Assembly (NCBI GenBank): GCA_905235065.1
Contig: CAJOJR010000014.1
Span: 1 to 50,513 of the forward strand
Origin: an uncultured Bacilli bacterium
GTDB taxonomy: Bacteria > Bacillota_I > Bacilli_A > RF39 > UBA660
Reading direction: 5' to 3'
Length of the DNA stretch: 50,513 nucleotides
Each line of letters begins with the position of its first letter. Position 1 is the stretch's first letter. Shown piece by piece: positions 10,321 to 21,116 of the stretch. The notes under the pieces were generated by a model, which ran no database searches, was not told where the DNA came from, and saw only the letters and a program-made list of their open reading frames with translations. Both the position numbers and the translations under genes were made by a program.

Positions 10321-11163
10321 AAATTCATCAATTATATTATTCATCAAGCTTATATAAGTTGATCCGTTAGTTCTTTGCTCAGATGTTATCGTTGTGAATG
10401 GGTCTATTTCGATTTTATTTAGTTTATTATCATTTATAAAATTATTTGTTGAATCAGTTAATGTTTCCCCTTTAAGAGAGTAAATATATTTTATTTCCCC
10501 CTTCGAAATAAGTCTTCTTGCTTCAGATAATCCTTTATCTAAAGATTCATTACTTGGATCAATCGATATAACATTAATTCCATATTTTGATAAATAGTTG
10601 AATGCATCAGTAGTAACAAGTAAAGTTTTGTAATTTCCGTTTTTACTTAAGTTATAAATATCAACATCAATTATTGAAATGCTTTCTTTTAATTTTTGAT
10701 AATTTTTCTCAATGCTTGATTTTACAGTTGTGCTATCTTCATAATCTATTAGAGTACTCTTAATATTTCTACATACCATTAAATAATTTGATGGATCTAG
10801 CCATAATTCTTCAATACTTTTTGTATAACTCATTCCTCTCATGGCATCCACTATTTCAATCTTATTATTTTTATTTAATAGATCTCTAGCTATTAATCCT
10901 TCTTGACTAAGTCCATTATAAACAAATTTGGTACTTCTAGAATAATTGTTTAATAGTTTATCTGTCAATTTAAAATTTTTATAGTTGGAACCATCTGGAT
11001 AAATGCTAGTAACTTTAATGTTTTCTCCATAAATTAATTCGGTTGCATATTCTATTGGATAAATAGTTGCATATATATGTTCATCGTTGAAATTATCAGT
11101 ATTTAAACAAGCACTCAGAATAAAGCAACAACATATTAACAATATTAATTTAATTTTTTTCAT
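10300..11163 (-). CDS. ZnuA/AdcA-like (cluster A-I) substrate-binding lipoprotein, apparently lacking the metal-binding His residues
   Basis: Lipobox ILSAC; [34 protein letters not shown] motifs. Confidence 0.8.
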   Translation of the reverse strand: MKKIKLILLICCCFILSACLNTDNFNDEHIYATIYPIEYATELIYGENIKVTSIYPDGSNYKNFKLTDKLLNNYSRSTKFVYNGLSQEGLIARDLLNKNNKIEIVDAMRGMSYTKSIEELWLDPSNYLMVCRNIKSTLIDYEDSTTVKSSIEKNYQKLKESISIIDVDIYNLSKNGNYKTLLVTTDAFNYLSKYGINVISIDPSNESLDKGLSEARRLISKGEIKYIYSLKGETLTDSTNNFINDNKLNKIEIDPFTTITSEQRTNGSTYISLMNNIIDEFKKELFK

Positions 11164-11381
11164 TTTTCCTCCTTTAATGGAACTGGATCATATCCATACC
11201 CTCCGAAAGGGTTACATCTAATTATACGCTTAATACCTAGCCATAATCCTTTTATAATTCCAAATCTATTAATAGATATTTCCATATATTCCGAACATGT
11301 TGGGGTATATCTACATTTAATATGTGAAGATAACGGGATTTTTCTATAAAAATGTATTAAACTAATAATAAACTTTTTCAT
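11160..11381 (-). CDS. yidD: Membrane protein insertion efficiency factor YidD
   Basis: [27 protein letters not shown]. Confidence 0.95.
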   Translation of the reverse strand: MKKFIISLIHFYRKIPLSSHIKCRYTPTCSEYMEISINRFGIIKGLWLGIKRIIRCNPFGGYGYDPVPLKEEK

Positions 11382-11509
11382 CAATATAATTATACAATAA
11401 AAATATTAAATGTTGTAGTATAATTAAATACATTTATGTAAATATAGCACTAGAATGATATAAATATTTTTGTTATAATAATTATATGCAAGTCTAAAAG
11501 AGGTGACTT

Positions 11510-12154
11510 ATGAATTTATTAAAAGAATATGGTATTGAATTTGAAGGAGAGAGTTTAATTAACAAAGCTTTAACGCATACTTCGTACGCCAATGAAAATG
11601 ATGTTGAATCATATGAACGATTGGAGTTTTTGGGTGATGCAGTACTTGAACTTGTATCAAGCGATTACTTTTATAGAAAGACTCATTTACCAGAAGGAGA
11701 AATGAGTAGGTTAAGAAGTTTATATGTGTGTGAAAATGCTTTATTTGAATATGCTAGTAAGATTAATTTAAGTAGTTATATAAAATTGGGTAATGGAATA
11801 AAAGAACCTAATAAAACTGTTATAGCTGATGTTTTTGAAGCTGTAATTGGTGTTATTTTTTTAGAACACGGCTTAAACAAAGTTAGAGAGTTGTTTAATA
11901 AATTAATAGTCCCATATATAGAAAATGAAGCAGACTTCTTAAAGGATTATAAATCTATGCTGCAAGAGCAAGTTCAAACAGAAAAAAAATCATTAAAATA
12001 TAAAGTTGTAGATGAAAGTGGCCCTGCACATGCTAAAGTATTTAAAGTGGCTGTTTCAATAGGCGGAATAGTTTATGGAATTGGTGTGGGTAATAGTAAA
12101 AAAGAGGCAGAGCAAAATGCTGCTAAAGATGCTTTTTCTAAACAAGCAAAGTAG
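11510..12154 (+). CDS. rnc: Ribonuclease III
   Basis: ERLEFLGDAVL, ADVFEA, dsRBD GPAH...SKKEAEQNAA. Confidence 0.98.
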   Translation: MNLLKEYGIEFEGESLINKALTHTSYANENDVESYERLEFLGDAVLELVSSDYFYRKTHLPEGEMSRLRSLYVCENALFEYASKINLSSYIKLGNGIKEPNKTVIADVFEAVIGVIFLEHGLNKVRELFNKLIVPYIENEADFLKDYKSMLQEQVQTEKKSLKYKVVDESGPAHAKVFKVAVSIGGIVYGIGVGNSKKEAEQNAAKDAFSKQAK

Positions 12155-12162
12155 GTATTATT

Positions 12163-15098
12163 ATGTATATAAAAGAAATAAAAATTAATTCATTTAAGTC
12201 ATTTGCAGATAAAATTAATATTAATCTTGATAGTAATTTTACTGGAATAGTGGGTCCAAATGGATCTGGTAAAAGTAATATTGTTGATGCTATAAAATGG
12301 GTATTGGGTGAACAATCTGTAAAAACTTTAAGAGCATCTTCAGGTATGAGCGATGTTATTTTCAGTGGATCTAAAAGCAGAAACCCATCAAATACTGCTT
12401 CTGTTTCAATAACATTCGATAATAGTGATAATAGTTTACCAAGTAACTATAATGAAGTTACTATTAGAAGAGTGGTATCAAGAAGTGGTGAAAATGAGTA
12501 TTATTTGAATAATGAAAAATGCAGATTAAAAGATATAAATGATTTACTTGTAGATTCTTTTTCTTCAAGAGAATCATTTAACATAATTCCTCAAAATAAA
12601 ATAGAAGAGATTCTATCAGATAAGCCCGAAGAAAGAAGAGTAATATTCGAAGAAGCAGCAGGAGTATTAAAGTACAAAAGAAGAAAAGAAGAAGCATTAA
12701 AAAAACTTTCAAGAACTCATGAAAATGTTGACAGAATTAATATGATTATAGATGAATTAAGCACTCAAATTGAACCATTAGAGTCTGCTAGTAAAAAAGC
12801 TATTATTTATAAAGAAAATAAAGAAAAACTTGAAAGCGTTGATATTGCTTTAATGGTTAAAGATATAACTAATTTTAATGAAACATTAAAAATTAAAGAG
12901 GCAGATAAGGAAAAGTATACATTAGAATTGGCTGAGTCATCCAAATTATCAATTAAGAAGGATGCAGAAATTGAAAAATTAAAACTAGAAGGTATAAAGT
13001 TTGAGGAATTGATTTCAAGTTTAAGAGATGAGCATTAAAGTCTAAAGAAACTTTATCAGAATTATTATCTAAAAAGGAACTTGCTATTGAGAGAAGTAAA
13101 TATGATAAAGATAGTAATGAAGTAAAGAATAGACGTATATCTCTTAAAGAAGAAGAATTAAAAATTTCAAATGAAATAGATTTCTTAAAAGGTGAAATTG
13201 AAACTAATAAAGAACTAGGAAAAGAAAAATTTGAAGAATTAAATAAATATAATAATTTTTTAGAAAGTGAAAATAAAAAATTAACTTTAAAAAACTTTGA
13301 ATTTAATAATTTTAAAAGAAAAGAATTAGAAATATCTTCTAAAATAGAATTACTAAATTCAAATATAGAGAATATGTCAAAACTTCCATATGCAGTAAAA
13401 TCAGTTTTAGATAATCCAGCATTAAATGGTATATGTGATGTAATAGGTAATGTAGTTAACTCCAAAGAAGAATATTCAATCATGCTTGATACAGCATTAG
13501 GAACATCATCAAACTTTGTAGTTGTTGAAGATGAAAATTCAGCAAAAAAAGCAATAGAATACTTAAAAATAAATAATAAAGGAAGAGCAACTTTTTTTCC
13601 ACTTAATATAATTAAACCTAAAAGCGTTGAACCCGATATTTTATCTGTTGCTTCTTCATCGGATGGATACTTAGGTATAGCAAGTGATTTAATAGATTAT
13701 GATAAAAAATATTATAATATTATAAAAAATCAACTTGGAAATATATTAGTGGTTGATAATATTGATAATGCGTTGAAGTTAAGCAAAAAAATAAATCATA
13801 GATATAGAATAGTCACTTTATCTGGTGATTTACTACATGTAGGAGGTTCTTTAACCGGAGGAAGTTCTAAATATAATAATTCATATATAAATGATAAAAA
13901 TGAATTGGAAAAATTAAAAATATCTTTAAATAATATTTCCATTAAAATTAATGATATTCAAAAAGAAATAAATGAAATAGAAAATAACAAAAAAATATTG
14001 GAAGAAAAAATTCTAAATATTAATATTGATTTTGTTAAGTATAAAGAATTAATAACATCAAAAGAAGAATCATTAGAAAATTTAAAAGAAGAATTATCAA
14101 AAAAGAAAAATGAATTATCAGATTTAAATGATAAGTTAGATGAAGATAAAACCATAGAAAATATAATGGAAAAATATTATAAGGAAGAGAAAAAATGTAA
14201 TGATTTAGAACAAAGAATAGAATTAGAAACTTCAAAAAAACGTGATACAAATGATAGACTAAATGAAATTGAAAGTGAACTAAAAAAGCATAATACTTTA
14301 TATTCTTCTTCGCAAAATAAGATCAATGAATTAGATATAGAAATTGTTAAACTTAATATGTCACTTGATAACTTATTAAATCATTTAAGTGAAGAATATT
14401 CTTTAACATATGAAGGAGCTAAAAGTAAATATTCATTAGATATGGACGAGAGTGAGGCTAGAAAACTAGTTCATGATTTAAAAAAGATAATTAAGTCGAT
14501 AGGAAATGTAAATCTTGATAGTATTGAAGAATATGAGAGAGTTAATAAAAGATACACTTTCTTAAACGCACAAAAAGAAGACTTATTAAATAGTGAAAAA
14601 GATTTATTAAATATAATAAATGATATGGATAATGTGATGAAAGACAAATTTGCAGCATCTTTTAATAAAATAAACATTGAATTTTCTAAAGTATTTAAAA
14701 ACCTATTTGGAGGTGGAGAGGCTAGTCTTAAACTAACCGATCCAGATAATTTACTCGAAACTGGTATAGATATAATTGCAATTCCTCCAGGTAAAAATTT
14801 AAAGCCATTATCATTGCTTTCTGGTGGAGAAAAAACACTAACAGCGATTAGTTTATTATTTTCAATAATGAACTTAAAGAAAGTTCCATTTGTAATCTTA
14901 GATGAAGTAGAGTCTGCATTGGATGAAGTAAATGCTGAAAAATTTGGAGAGTATTTATCTAATTATAGAGGTAAGACTCAATTATTAATAATTACTCATA
15001 AGAAAAAAACAATGGAATATTTGGATTTATTATATGGTATAACAATGCAAGAGTCTGGGGTAAGTAAGTTAGTAAGTGTTAAATTAGAAAATATATAA
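12163..15098 (+). CDS. smc: Chromosome segregation protein SMC (short, ~980 aa), split by a 1-nt frameshift at ~13031-13036
   Basis: GPNGSGKSN, hinge GRATFFPL/GGSLTGG, LSGGEK, LDEVESALD. The second frame is open from 13032 (ALKSKETLSE...), so one added base joins the halves. Confidence 0.93.
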
Positions 15099-15115
15099 TA
15101 TTTTCTAATTTTTTT
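15081..15115. terminator. Hairpin terminator at the smc 3' end
   Basis: aaattagaaaata-tataa-tattttctaattt plus Ts. Confidence 0.7.
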
Positions 15116-15140
15116 GCATAAAAAAAGAGCGGAGCTCCTA

Positions 15141-15308
15141 TTATTCTATAATTTCTGGATATTCATCATTATAAATAATTTCTGGAGTAGGTTCGTCACT
15201 CTGTGTTCTATTTATTTTTTTATTAACAATACCAATAATTCCAAATATAAAGCAGCATATAAAAAGTAATCCCCATATTGTTAATCTAATAATATCTTTT
15301 GTTTTCAT
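15141..15308 (-). CDS. Small single-pass membrane protein (55 aa); not in ORF track
   Basis: MKTKDIIRLTIWGLLFICCFIFGIIGIVNKKINRTQSDEPTPEIIYNDEYPEIIE*; AGGGTG RBS; upstream TTGAAT-N17-TATAAT. Confidence 0.75.
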   Translation of the reverse strand: MKTKDIIRLTIWGLLFICCFIFGIIGIVNKKINRTQSDEPTPEIIYNDEYPEIIE

Positions 15309-15365
15309 TCTTTTCACCCTAATACAATTATAATAAATAAAAAGTTAAAATTCAATAAAAAAGAG

Positions 15366-15902
15366 CTAAATTGCTCTCATATTATCTTTGTTTGTGTTAT
15401 CAATTTTATCAACAAATAATATTCCATTTAAATGATCTATTTCATGCTGAAAAGCAACTGCCATTTCTTCTCTTACTCTAATTGAAGTTCTATTACCGTT
15501 TAAATCATCATATTCGACTGTAACTCTTGCATATCTAGGTACTATTCCCTCGACAGCTCTATTAACTGATAAGCATCCTTCTCCTTCTTCAACATATATT
15601 TTTTCTTCTGAATTAGATATGATATCAGGGTTTATTACAGTATGTTCCTCAAACGTTCCATCATCGTTTTTATATGAAATTACAAATATTCTTTTTAATA
15701 TTCCAAGTTGAGGAAACGCAAGTCCCATTCCAGCTCTTATGTTATTTTTTTCGGCATATTCTTCATCTTGACTAAGTCTTAAGTATTCAATCATATCGTT
15801 AATTAAATCTTTGGTTTCTTTGTCTAACGGAAAGGAAACTTTATTGCTTATTTTTCTTAATATTTTATTTTTTTCATCAAGGATTTGTGATTCCTTTAAC
15901 AT
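15366..15902 (-). CDS. def: Peptide deformylase
   Basis: GMGLAFPQ, EGCLSV, QHEIDHLNG; ATG 15902 after AGGGG. Confidence 0.97.
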   Translation of the reverse strand: MLKESQILDEKNKILRKISNKVSFPLDKETKDLINDMIEYLRLSQDEEYAEKNNIRAGMGLAFPQLGILKRIFVISYKNDDGTFEEHTVINPDIISNSEEKIYVEEGEGCLSVNRAVEGIVPRYARVTVEYDDLNGNRTSIRVREEMAVAFQHEIDHLNGILFVDKIDNTNKDNMRAI

Positions 15903-15967
15903 AATACCCCTTCTTTCGGCAAATATTTTATCAAAAAAGGAATATTTTTTCAAGTATTATGTATAAC

Positions 15968-15999
15968 AAAAAAAGAAAGAAGTTTTTCTTTCTTTTTTT
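15968..15999 (-). terminator. Terminator after the YjcZ-family gene
   Basis: aaaaaaagaaagaa/ttctttcttttttt inverted repeat. Confidence 0.7.
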
Positions 16000-16192
16000 A
16001 TCTTTCATTACCATTTAAAAATCCTGCTCCAAAAACTACAACAAGAAGTATAAATAGTACTAATATGATAGCAGCTCCATATCCAAAGCCATAACCGCCA
16101 CCACCATAATATGGCATAGCGTTATAGCATCCACCATAAGAGTAAGCATATGGATTTACACCATATCCGCTTGTGTATCCATAATAATTCAT
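15998..16192 (-). CDS. YjcZ/SscA-family small sporulation protein
   Basis: Gly/Tyr-rich N-terminus, then GAAIILVLFILLVVV; AGGAGG RBS. Confidence 0.8.
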   Translation of the reverse strand: MNYYGYTSGYGVNPYAYSYGGCYNAMPYYGGGGYGFGYGAAIILVLFILLVVVFGAGFLNGNER

Positions 16193-16312
16193 AAGTTACC
16201 TCCTTTTACTACCTATAATTTTATATGACAAATGAAGTAAATTTGACATACTTTTTACCTAAATATATTAAATATTTTATATAATTATGATAAAATATTA
16301 AAAGAGGTAAAT

Positions 16313-17482
16313 ATGAAAAAACAAAAGCTAATAAAATATATGGATAAACCACTTTTACTTATGATGATTTTGTTTAGTTCTATTGGAATACTTTTGGTGC
16401 TGTCTGCTTCTTCAGTTGCAGCAGTAGTGAGATATAATGTAGGACCGTATTATTTTTTCTTGAGGCAATTACTTTTTGTTGTAGTATCATTTTTACTTGG
16501 ATTTTTTGTTATCATAAAGATAGATATAAATAAATATAAAGGTATAGTTAAAATATTATTAGTTGCTTTATTAATTGTCCTTGCTAGTCTTTTGTTTTAT
16601 GGGACAATTGTTAATAGTGCAAAAAGTTGGTTTAAAATTGGTGCTTTTTCACTTCAACCAAGTGAATTTGCTAAATTAATATTAGTTTTATATATGGGAA
16701 TATTTTTTGCAGATTATGTAAAAGAAGGAACAAATCAAAATAAAATATGGTTGTTTTTAACTATATGCGGAGTTATTTTTCTATTAGTAGCAGCTCAACC
16801 AGATCTTGGAACTGCGATAATAATAGCTGGGATAGTCTTTTTAACTTTTATTTCTATTCCAATGAAAAAAAATAATTTAATATCAATTTTAAAACTAGTT
16901 GCAGGAGCTGGAATAGTTATTATAGCTTTATTCTTGACTTTTTCTTCATCTATTTTAACAGAAAGACAAAGAAGTAGATTTGAATTTAGAGCGCCTTGTA
17001 GTAGATACACAAAGGATACAGGATATCAAGTTTGTAATGGTTTCATTGCAATACATAATGGTGGATTATTTGGTATGGGAATAGGGAAGTCAACTCAAAA
17101 ATATTTATATTTACCAGAAGCACATACAGACTTCGTTTTTACCATCTTAGTCGAGGAATTAGGTGTTATAGCTGGTTTATTAATCCTTGTTGGCTATGCA
17201 TATATAATATTTAGAATAATTAAAATATCAAAGCAGTGCTACAATCTTAGAAACTCGATTATTTGTTATGGAATCGCAATGATTTTCTTAATGCATATAT
17301 TAATAAATTTTATGGGAGTGCTTGCATTAATGCCTTTAACTGGTGTTCCGTTACCACTACTTAGTTATGGAGGATCATTTACTTTAACAAGTATCATAAG
17401 TTTATTTATAGTACAAAGAATTGCTATTGAGAATAATATGACTAAAAAAAGATTAGAAATAACAAAAATAGTTGGAAAATAA
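16313..17482 (+). CDS. ftsW: SEDS family peptidoglycan polymerase (FtsW/RodA/SpoVE)
   Basis: QPSEFAK, QPDLGT, YLPEAHTDF, PLTGVPLPLLSYGGS. Confidence 0.9.
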   Translation: MKKQKLIKYMDKPLLLMMILFSSIGILLVLSASSVAAVVRYNVGPYYFFLRQLLFVVVSFLLGFFVIIKIDINKYKGIVKILLVALLIVLASLLFYGTIVNSAKSWFKIGAFSLQPSEFAKLILVLYMGIFFADYVKEGTNQNKIWLFLTICGVIFLLVAAQPDLGTAIIIAGIVFLTFISIPMKKNNLISILKLVAGAGIVIIALFLTFSSSILTERQRSRFEFRAPCSRYTKDTGYQVCNGFIAIHNGGLFGMGIGKSTQKYLYLPEAHTDFVFTILVEELGVIAGLLILVGYAYIIFRIIKISKQCYNLRNSIICYGIAMIFLMHILINFMGVLALMPLTGVPLPLLSYGGSFTLTSIISLFIVQRIAIENNMTKKRLEITKIVGK

Positions 17483-17532
17483 TAATAAAATAGTATATAA
17501 TATGGTTTATGGAAAAGAAGGAGAGATAATAT

Positions 17533-18792
17533 ATGAAAAAAAACTATACTGTTAAACTAGACGGAAAAGAATGGGAAAGTATTTTAGACCATGCATTTAA
17601 ACATGTTTCTAAAGAAGTAAACGTTGATGGTTTTAGAAAGGGACAAGTTCCAAGAGATATTTATATTAAAAAATTTGGAGTAGCACATTTATATGATCAT
17701 GCAATTGATGATGCACTACCTTTGATGCTTGATAAATTACTTGAAGATCCTGAAACATTAAGACCTGCTTGTACTCCACAAGTGAATTTAAAATCAATTG
17801 ATGACAAATCAATTGAAGTGGAATTTACTATTATAAGTATGCCTGAAGTTAAACTTGGTAAGTACAAAAATAGTGATTTAAACATTAAGAAAAAGGAAGT
17901 AAAAGTTACCAAAGAAGAAACTAATCATGAAATAGAACATTTAAAAGAACAATTTGCTGAACTTAAATCAACCGACCAAAAAATTAAAGAAGGAAACATC
18001 GCAGTAATTGATTTTGAAGGATTTAAAGATGGAGTTGCTTTTGATGGTGGGAAAGGTGAGAATCATTCACTAACTATAGGTAGCCATACTTTTATTCCTG
18101 GCTTTGAAGAGGGATTAGTTGGTCTTAAAAAAGGCGATGAAAAAGATCTAGAACTTACATTTCCGGAGAATTATCATGTAGATGATTTAAAAGGTCAAAA
18201 AGTAGTGTTTAAAGTAAAAGTAAATGATGTAAAGGAAAGAATAGTTCCAGAACTTAATGATGACTTCTTTAAAGATCTTGGAATGGAAGGCATCAATACA
18301 AAAGAGTCTTTAGAAGAAGAAATAAAGAAAAATCTTGAAGTAAATAAGGAAAGACAAATAGAAGAAGAATATATTTTAGAATGCTTAGATAAAGTAATGG
18401 AAAATGCTAAATATGAAATTGATGAAGAAATAATCAACGATGAAGCCGAAAGAATTTATCATGAATTTTCTGAAAGATTATCAATGCAAGGCATGGATAT
18501 TAATCAATATTTAAAAATAACTAACTCAACGAAAGAAGCGTTAGTTGAGCAAATGAAACCAGAAGCTAAGAAAAGAGTTAGCTATAGATTAGTTGTTGAT
18601 GCAGTTGCTGAAAAAGAAGGCATTAAAGTAACAAAAGAAGAATTAGAAAAAGAAATAACAAATATGATTGAAAGATATGGAATTACTAAAGAAGAATTAA
18701 TTAAAAATGTTGGTAGTGAAGAAGCTATTGAATATGATATGAGAATGAAAAGTCTAGAAGTAATAACTGGAATAAAAAAAGAAGAAAAATAA
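17533..18792 (+). CDS. tig: Trigger factor
   Basis: DGFRKGQVP, FKBP domain IDFEGF...FIPGFEEGLVG...FPENYH. Confidence 0.97.
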   Translation: MKKNYTVKLDGKEWESILDHAFKHVSKEVNVDGFRKGQVPRDIYIKKFGVAHLYDHAIDDALPLMLDKLLEDPETLRPACTPQVNLKSIDDKSIEVEFTIISMPEVKLGKYKNSDLNIKKKEVKVTKEETNHEIEHLKEQFAELKSTDQKIKEGNIAVIDFEGFKDGVAFDGGKGENHSLTIGSHTFIPGFEEGLVGLKKGDEKDLELTFPENYHVDDLKGQKVVFKVKVNDVKERIVPELNDDFFKDLGMEGINTKESLEEEIKKNLEVNKERQIEEEYILECLDKVMENAKYEIDEEIINDEAERIYHEFSERLSMQGMDINQYLKITNSTKEALVEQMKPEAKKRVSYRLVVDAVAEKEGIKVTKEELEKEITNMIERYGITKEELIKNVGSEEAIEYDMRMKSLEVITGIKKEEK

Positions 18793-18810
18793 TGTTTTTT
18801 AAGAGGGTTT

Positions 18811-19227
18811 ATGGAGGAAAATAAAGAAATATATTTAGCAAGTGCATGTAAGTTATTTGATGGTTTAATTGCTAAAAAATTAGAAATGTATGATGAAAAA
18901 ATCATTGTTAGAAAAGAATCTTCAAAGGTTTATAAGGAAATAATAACTGGAATAGAATTTAGAATATATCCTAAATCAATTTTTAATGTAAATGATAAAG
19001 AAGTTTATATTATCCCTAACAAAAGAATAGATGAAACTAAAGAAGGATATGATTTAATAAGAAGATATTATGAAGAAAAAAATGAATGTAATATATTTCA
19101 TATGCTTAATTGGTTTAATATGAGTGAAGTTGATAGATATAAGGATTATATTAAAAGATTTGAAGCAAATAATTTTGATTATGAAACTATAAATAATGAA
19201 TTAGTTAGAAGAAAAATGAAGAAATAA
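18811..19227 (+). CDS. Hypothetical protein
   Basis: 138-aa ORF with GAGGG RBS; followed by a terminator. Confidence 0.75.
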   Translation: MEENKEIYLASACKLFDGLIAKKLEMYDEKIIVRKESSKVYKEIITGIEFRIYPKSIFNVNDKEVYIIPNKRIDETKEGYDLIRRYYEEKNECNIFHMLNWFNMSEVDRYKDYIKRFEANNFDYETINNELVRRKMKK

Positions 19228-19256
19228 AAAAGGAATTATAATTAATTCCTTTTTTT
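19226..19256. terminator. Bidirectional terminator
   Basis: aaaaaggaatta-taat-taattccttttt between convergent genes. Confidence 0.8.
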
Positions 19257-20547
19257 ATCCGAGAAATTCAATTGGTGGAATGTCGTTGTTCTCATTTTCA
19301 TTTTTTATCATACTGGCATCCATATTTGTTTTTAAGTTAAAATCTTTATAACTTGTTAAATCATTTTCAAGATCAATAATTTTTAATATTTCTTCAAATG
19401 AAGTGACACCTTCGATTACTTTTCCAAGACCATCTTGAAGAAGAGTAATAACATCGCCATTATAAACAAGTTTTCTAAGTTCAGTTTTAGGAAGTGAATT
19501 TACGATTGCATCTTTTATTGCTTCAGATATTCTTAATACTTCTAGTATAGCAACACGCCCTCTATAGCCATGTGAGCATTCTGGACAGCCATCTGGGTTA
19601 GGGTGTAGCATTTCATTAACCTCAACACCTAATACTTGTTTAAATACATTTTTTTCATAATCAGTAGTTGGCTTTTTTATTGCGCATTTTGGACATATTT
19701 TTCTAGCAAGTCTTTGAGAAATGATACCAGTTAAAGCACTACCAAGTAAATATCTTTCAATTTCCATATCAGTAAGTCTTTCGATAGTGTTTAAGGAGTT
19801 ATTTGTATGTATTGTAGACAAAACTAAATGACCTGTAATAGAAGCTCTAACAGCCATTCTTGCAGTTTCAGAGTCTCTTATTTCACCAATCATTATTATG
19901 TTTGGATCTTGTCTTAAAATACTTCTTAAAACGTTATCAAAAGTAAGACCTATTTCAGACATAACTTGTACTTGGTTGATACCTTTAATGTCCATTTCAA
20001 TTGGATCCTCAACTGTTATTATATTAACATTTTCAGTATTTAGTTTTTGCAAGATAGAGTAAACGGTAGTAGATTTACCGGTACCAGTAGCACCAGTAAC
20101 AAGGATAATTCCGTTTGGAACATTAATCATTTTATATATTTTATCTAAACTTCTTTGGCTAAAACCTAAAGTTTCAAGTCCTTTTAAACTTTGAGAGTAA
20201 TCAAGTATACGAACAACAACTTTTTCACCATTGTTTGTAGGAAGGGAAGACACACGAAGATCTAGTGCTTTTTCACCAATTTTATTTTTAATAGCACCAT
20301 CTTGAGGAAGACGTGTTTCCATGATGTTCATACCAGCAATCATTTTAATACGACTTATGATATTTTTTTGATACTTTTTATCAATAACGCCATAATCACT
20401 AAGTTCGCCATCTATTCTAATTCTTAAGCGTAAATTCTCTTTAGTAGGGTCAAAATGAATATCCGAAGCATTTCTGTTAACTGCATCCATAATGATTTCA
20501 TTAACAATTTCAACAATAGGCATACTTTCAAAATCAAATTGTTTCAT
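19255..20547 (-). CDS. GspE/PilB-family pilus assembly ATPase (no N-terminal N1D domain)
   Basis: ASDIHFDP, RLPQDG, GATGTGKST, EDPIE, LRQDPNIIMIGEIRD, TGHLVLSTIHTN, CPKC...CPEC; ATG 20547 after GGGAG. Confidence 0.93.
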   Translation of the reverse strand: MKQFDFESMPIVEIVNEIIMDAVNRNASDIHFDPTKENLRLRIRIDGELSDYGVIDKKYQKNIISRIKMIAGMNIMETRLPQDGAIKNKIGEKALDLRVSSLPTNNGEKVVVRILDYSQSLKGLETLGFSQRSLDKIYKMINVPNGIILVTGATGTGKSTTVYSILQKLNTENVNIITVEDPIEMDIKGINQVQVMSEIGLTFDNVLRSILRQDPNIIMIGEIRDSETARMAVRASITGHLVLSTIHTNNSLNTIERLTDMEIERYLLGSALTGIISQRLARKICPKCAIKKPTTDYEKNVFKQVLGVEVNEMLHPNPDGCPECSHGYRGRVAILEVLRISEAIKDAIVNSLPKTELRKLVYNGDVITLLQDGLGKVIEGVTSFEEILKIIDLENDLTSYKDFNLKTNMDASMIKNENENNDIPPIEFLG

Positions 20548-20657
20548 ATTCATTCTCCCTTTTATTCTAAAATTAATTATACAATATATTATTTTTATTT
20601 TCAATCACTTTTGTTTTTATATTTTATTTGATATAATTTAGTAGAAAGAAGGATGTT

Positions 20658-21116
20658 ATGAAAAAAGGATTTAGTTTAATAGAATTAATTGCAGTAATTG
20701 CTTTATTAGGAGTTTTAATAACATTAACTAGTATTTCTGTTACAAGTTTAAAAAGAAAGTCTGAAGAAAAATTATTAAATGAAAAAATAAAATATATTGA
20801 AACTGGTGCTTTAAAATGGGGAGAAGACAATTTGAATTTATTAAGTTCAAATTCTTGTTATAAGAATGATTCTAGTGAAATGCTAACTGTTCAAGTGTTA
20901 ATAGCTGGTGGATATATAACAGGAGATGATAATGACAACACTAAATTGAAAATCCCAGGAACTAACGAATATTTTAATGATAAATGTGTATGTGTTAAAT
21001 ATGAAAATATTTATTCTAATAAAAATTTAGATGATTATGCAAGTAGTTATAATTATGAAAGCAATAAATCAAATTATCAAGTAACTGCATCATACGGAGA
21101 AGGGAAGTGTGAATAA
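20658..21116 (+). CDS. Type IV pilin / pseudopilin
   Basis: Class III signal KKG|FSLIELIAVIALLGVL; 4 Cys in the head domain. Confidence 0.9.
   Translation: MKKGFSLIELIAVIALLGVLITLTSISVTSLKRKSEEKLLNEKIKYIETGALKWGEDNLNLLSSNSCYKNDSSEMLTVQVLIAGGYITGDDNDNTKLKIPGTNEYFNDKCVCVKYENIYSNKNLDDYASSYNYESNKSNYQVTASYGEGKCE

Noticed and set aside
1690-13040. Programmed ribosomal frameshifting in the exporter or smc
   Set aside because: No slippery heptamer or stimulatory hairpin at either break; single-base loss is simpler.
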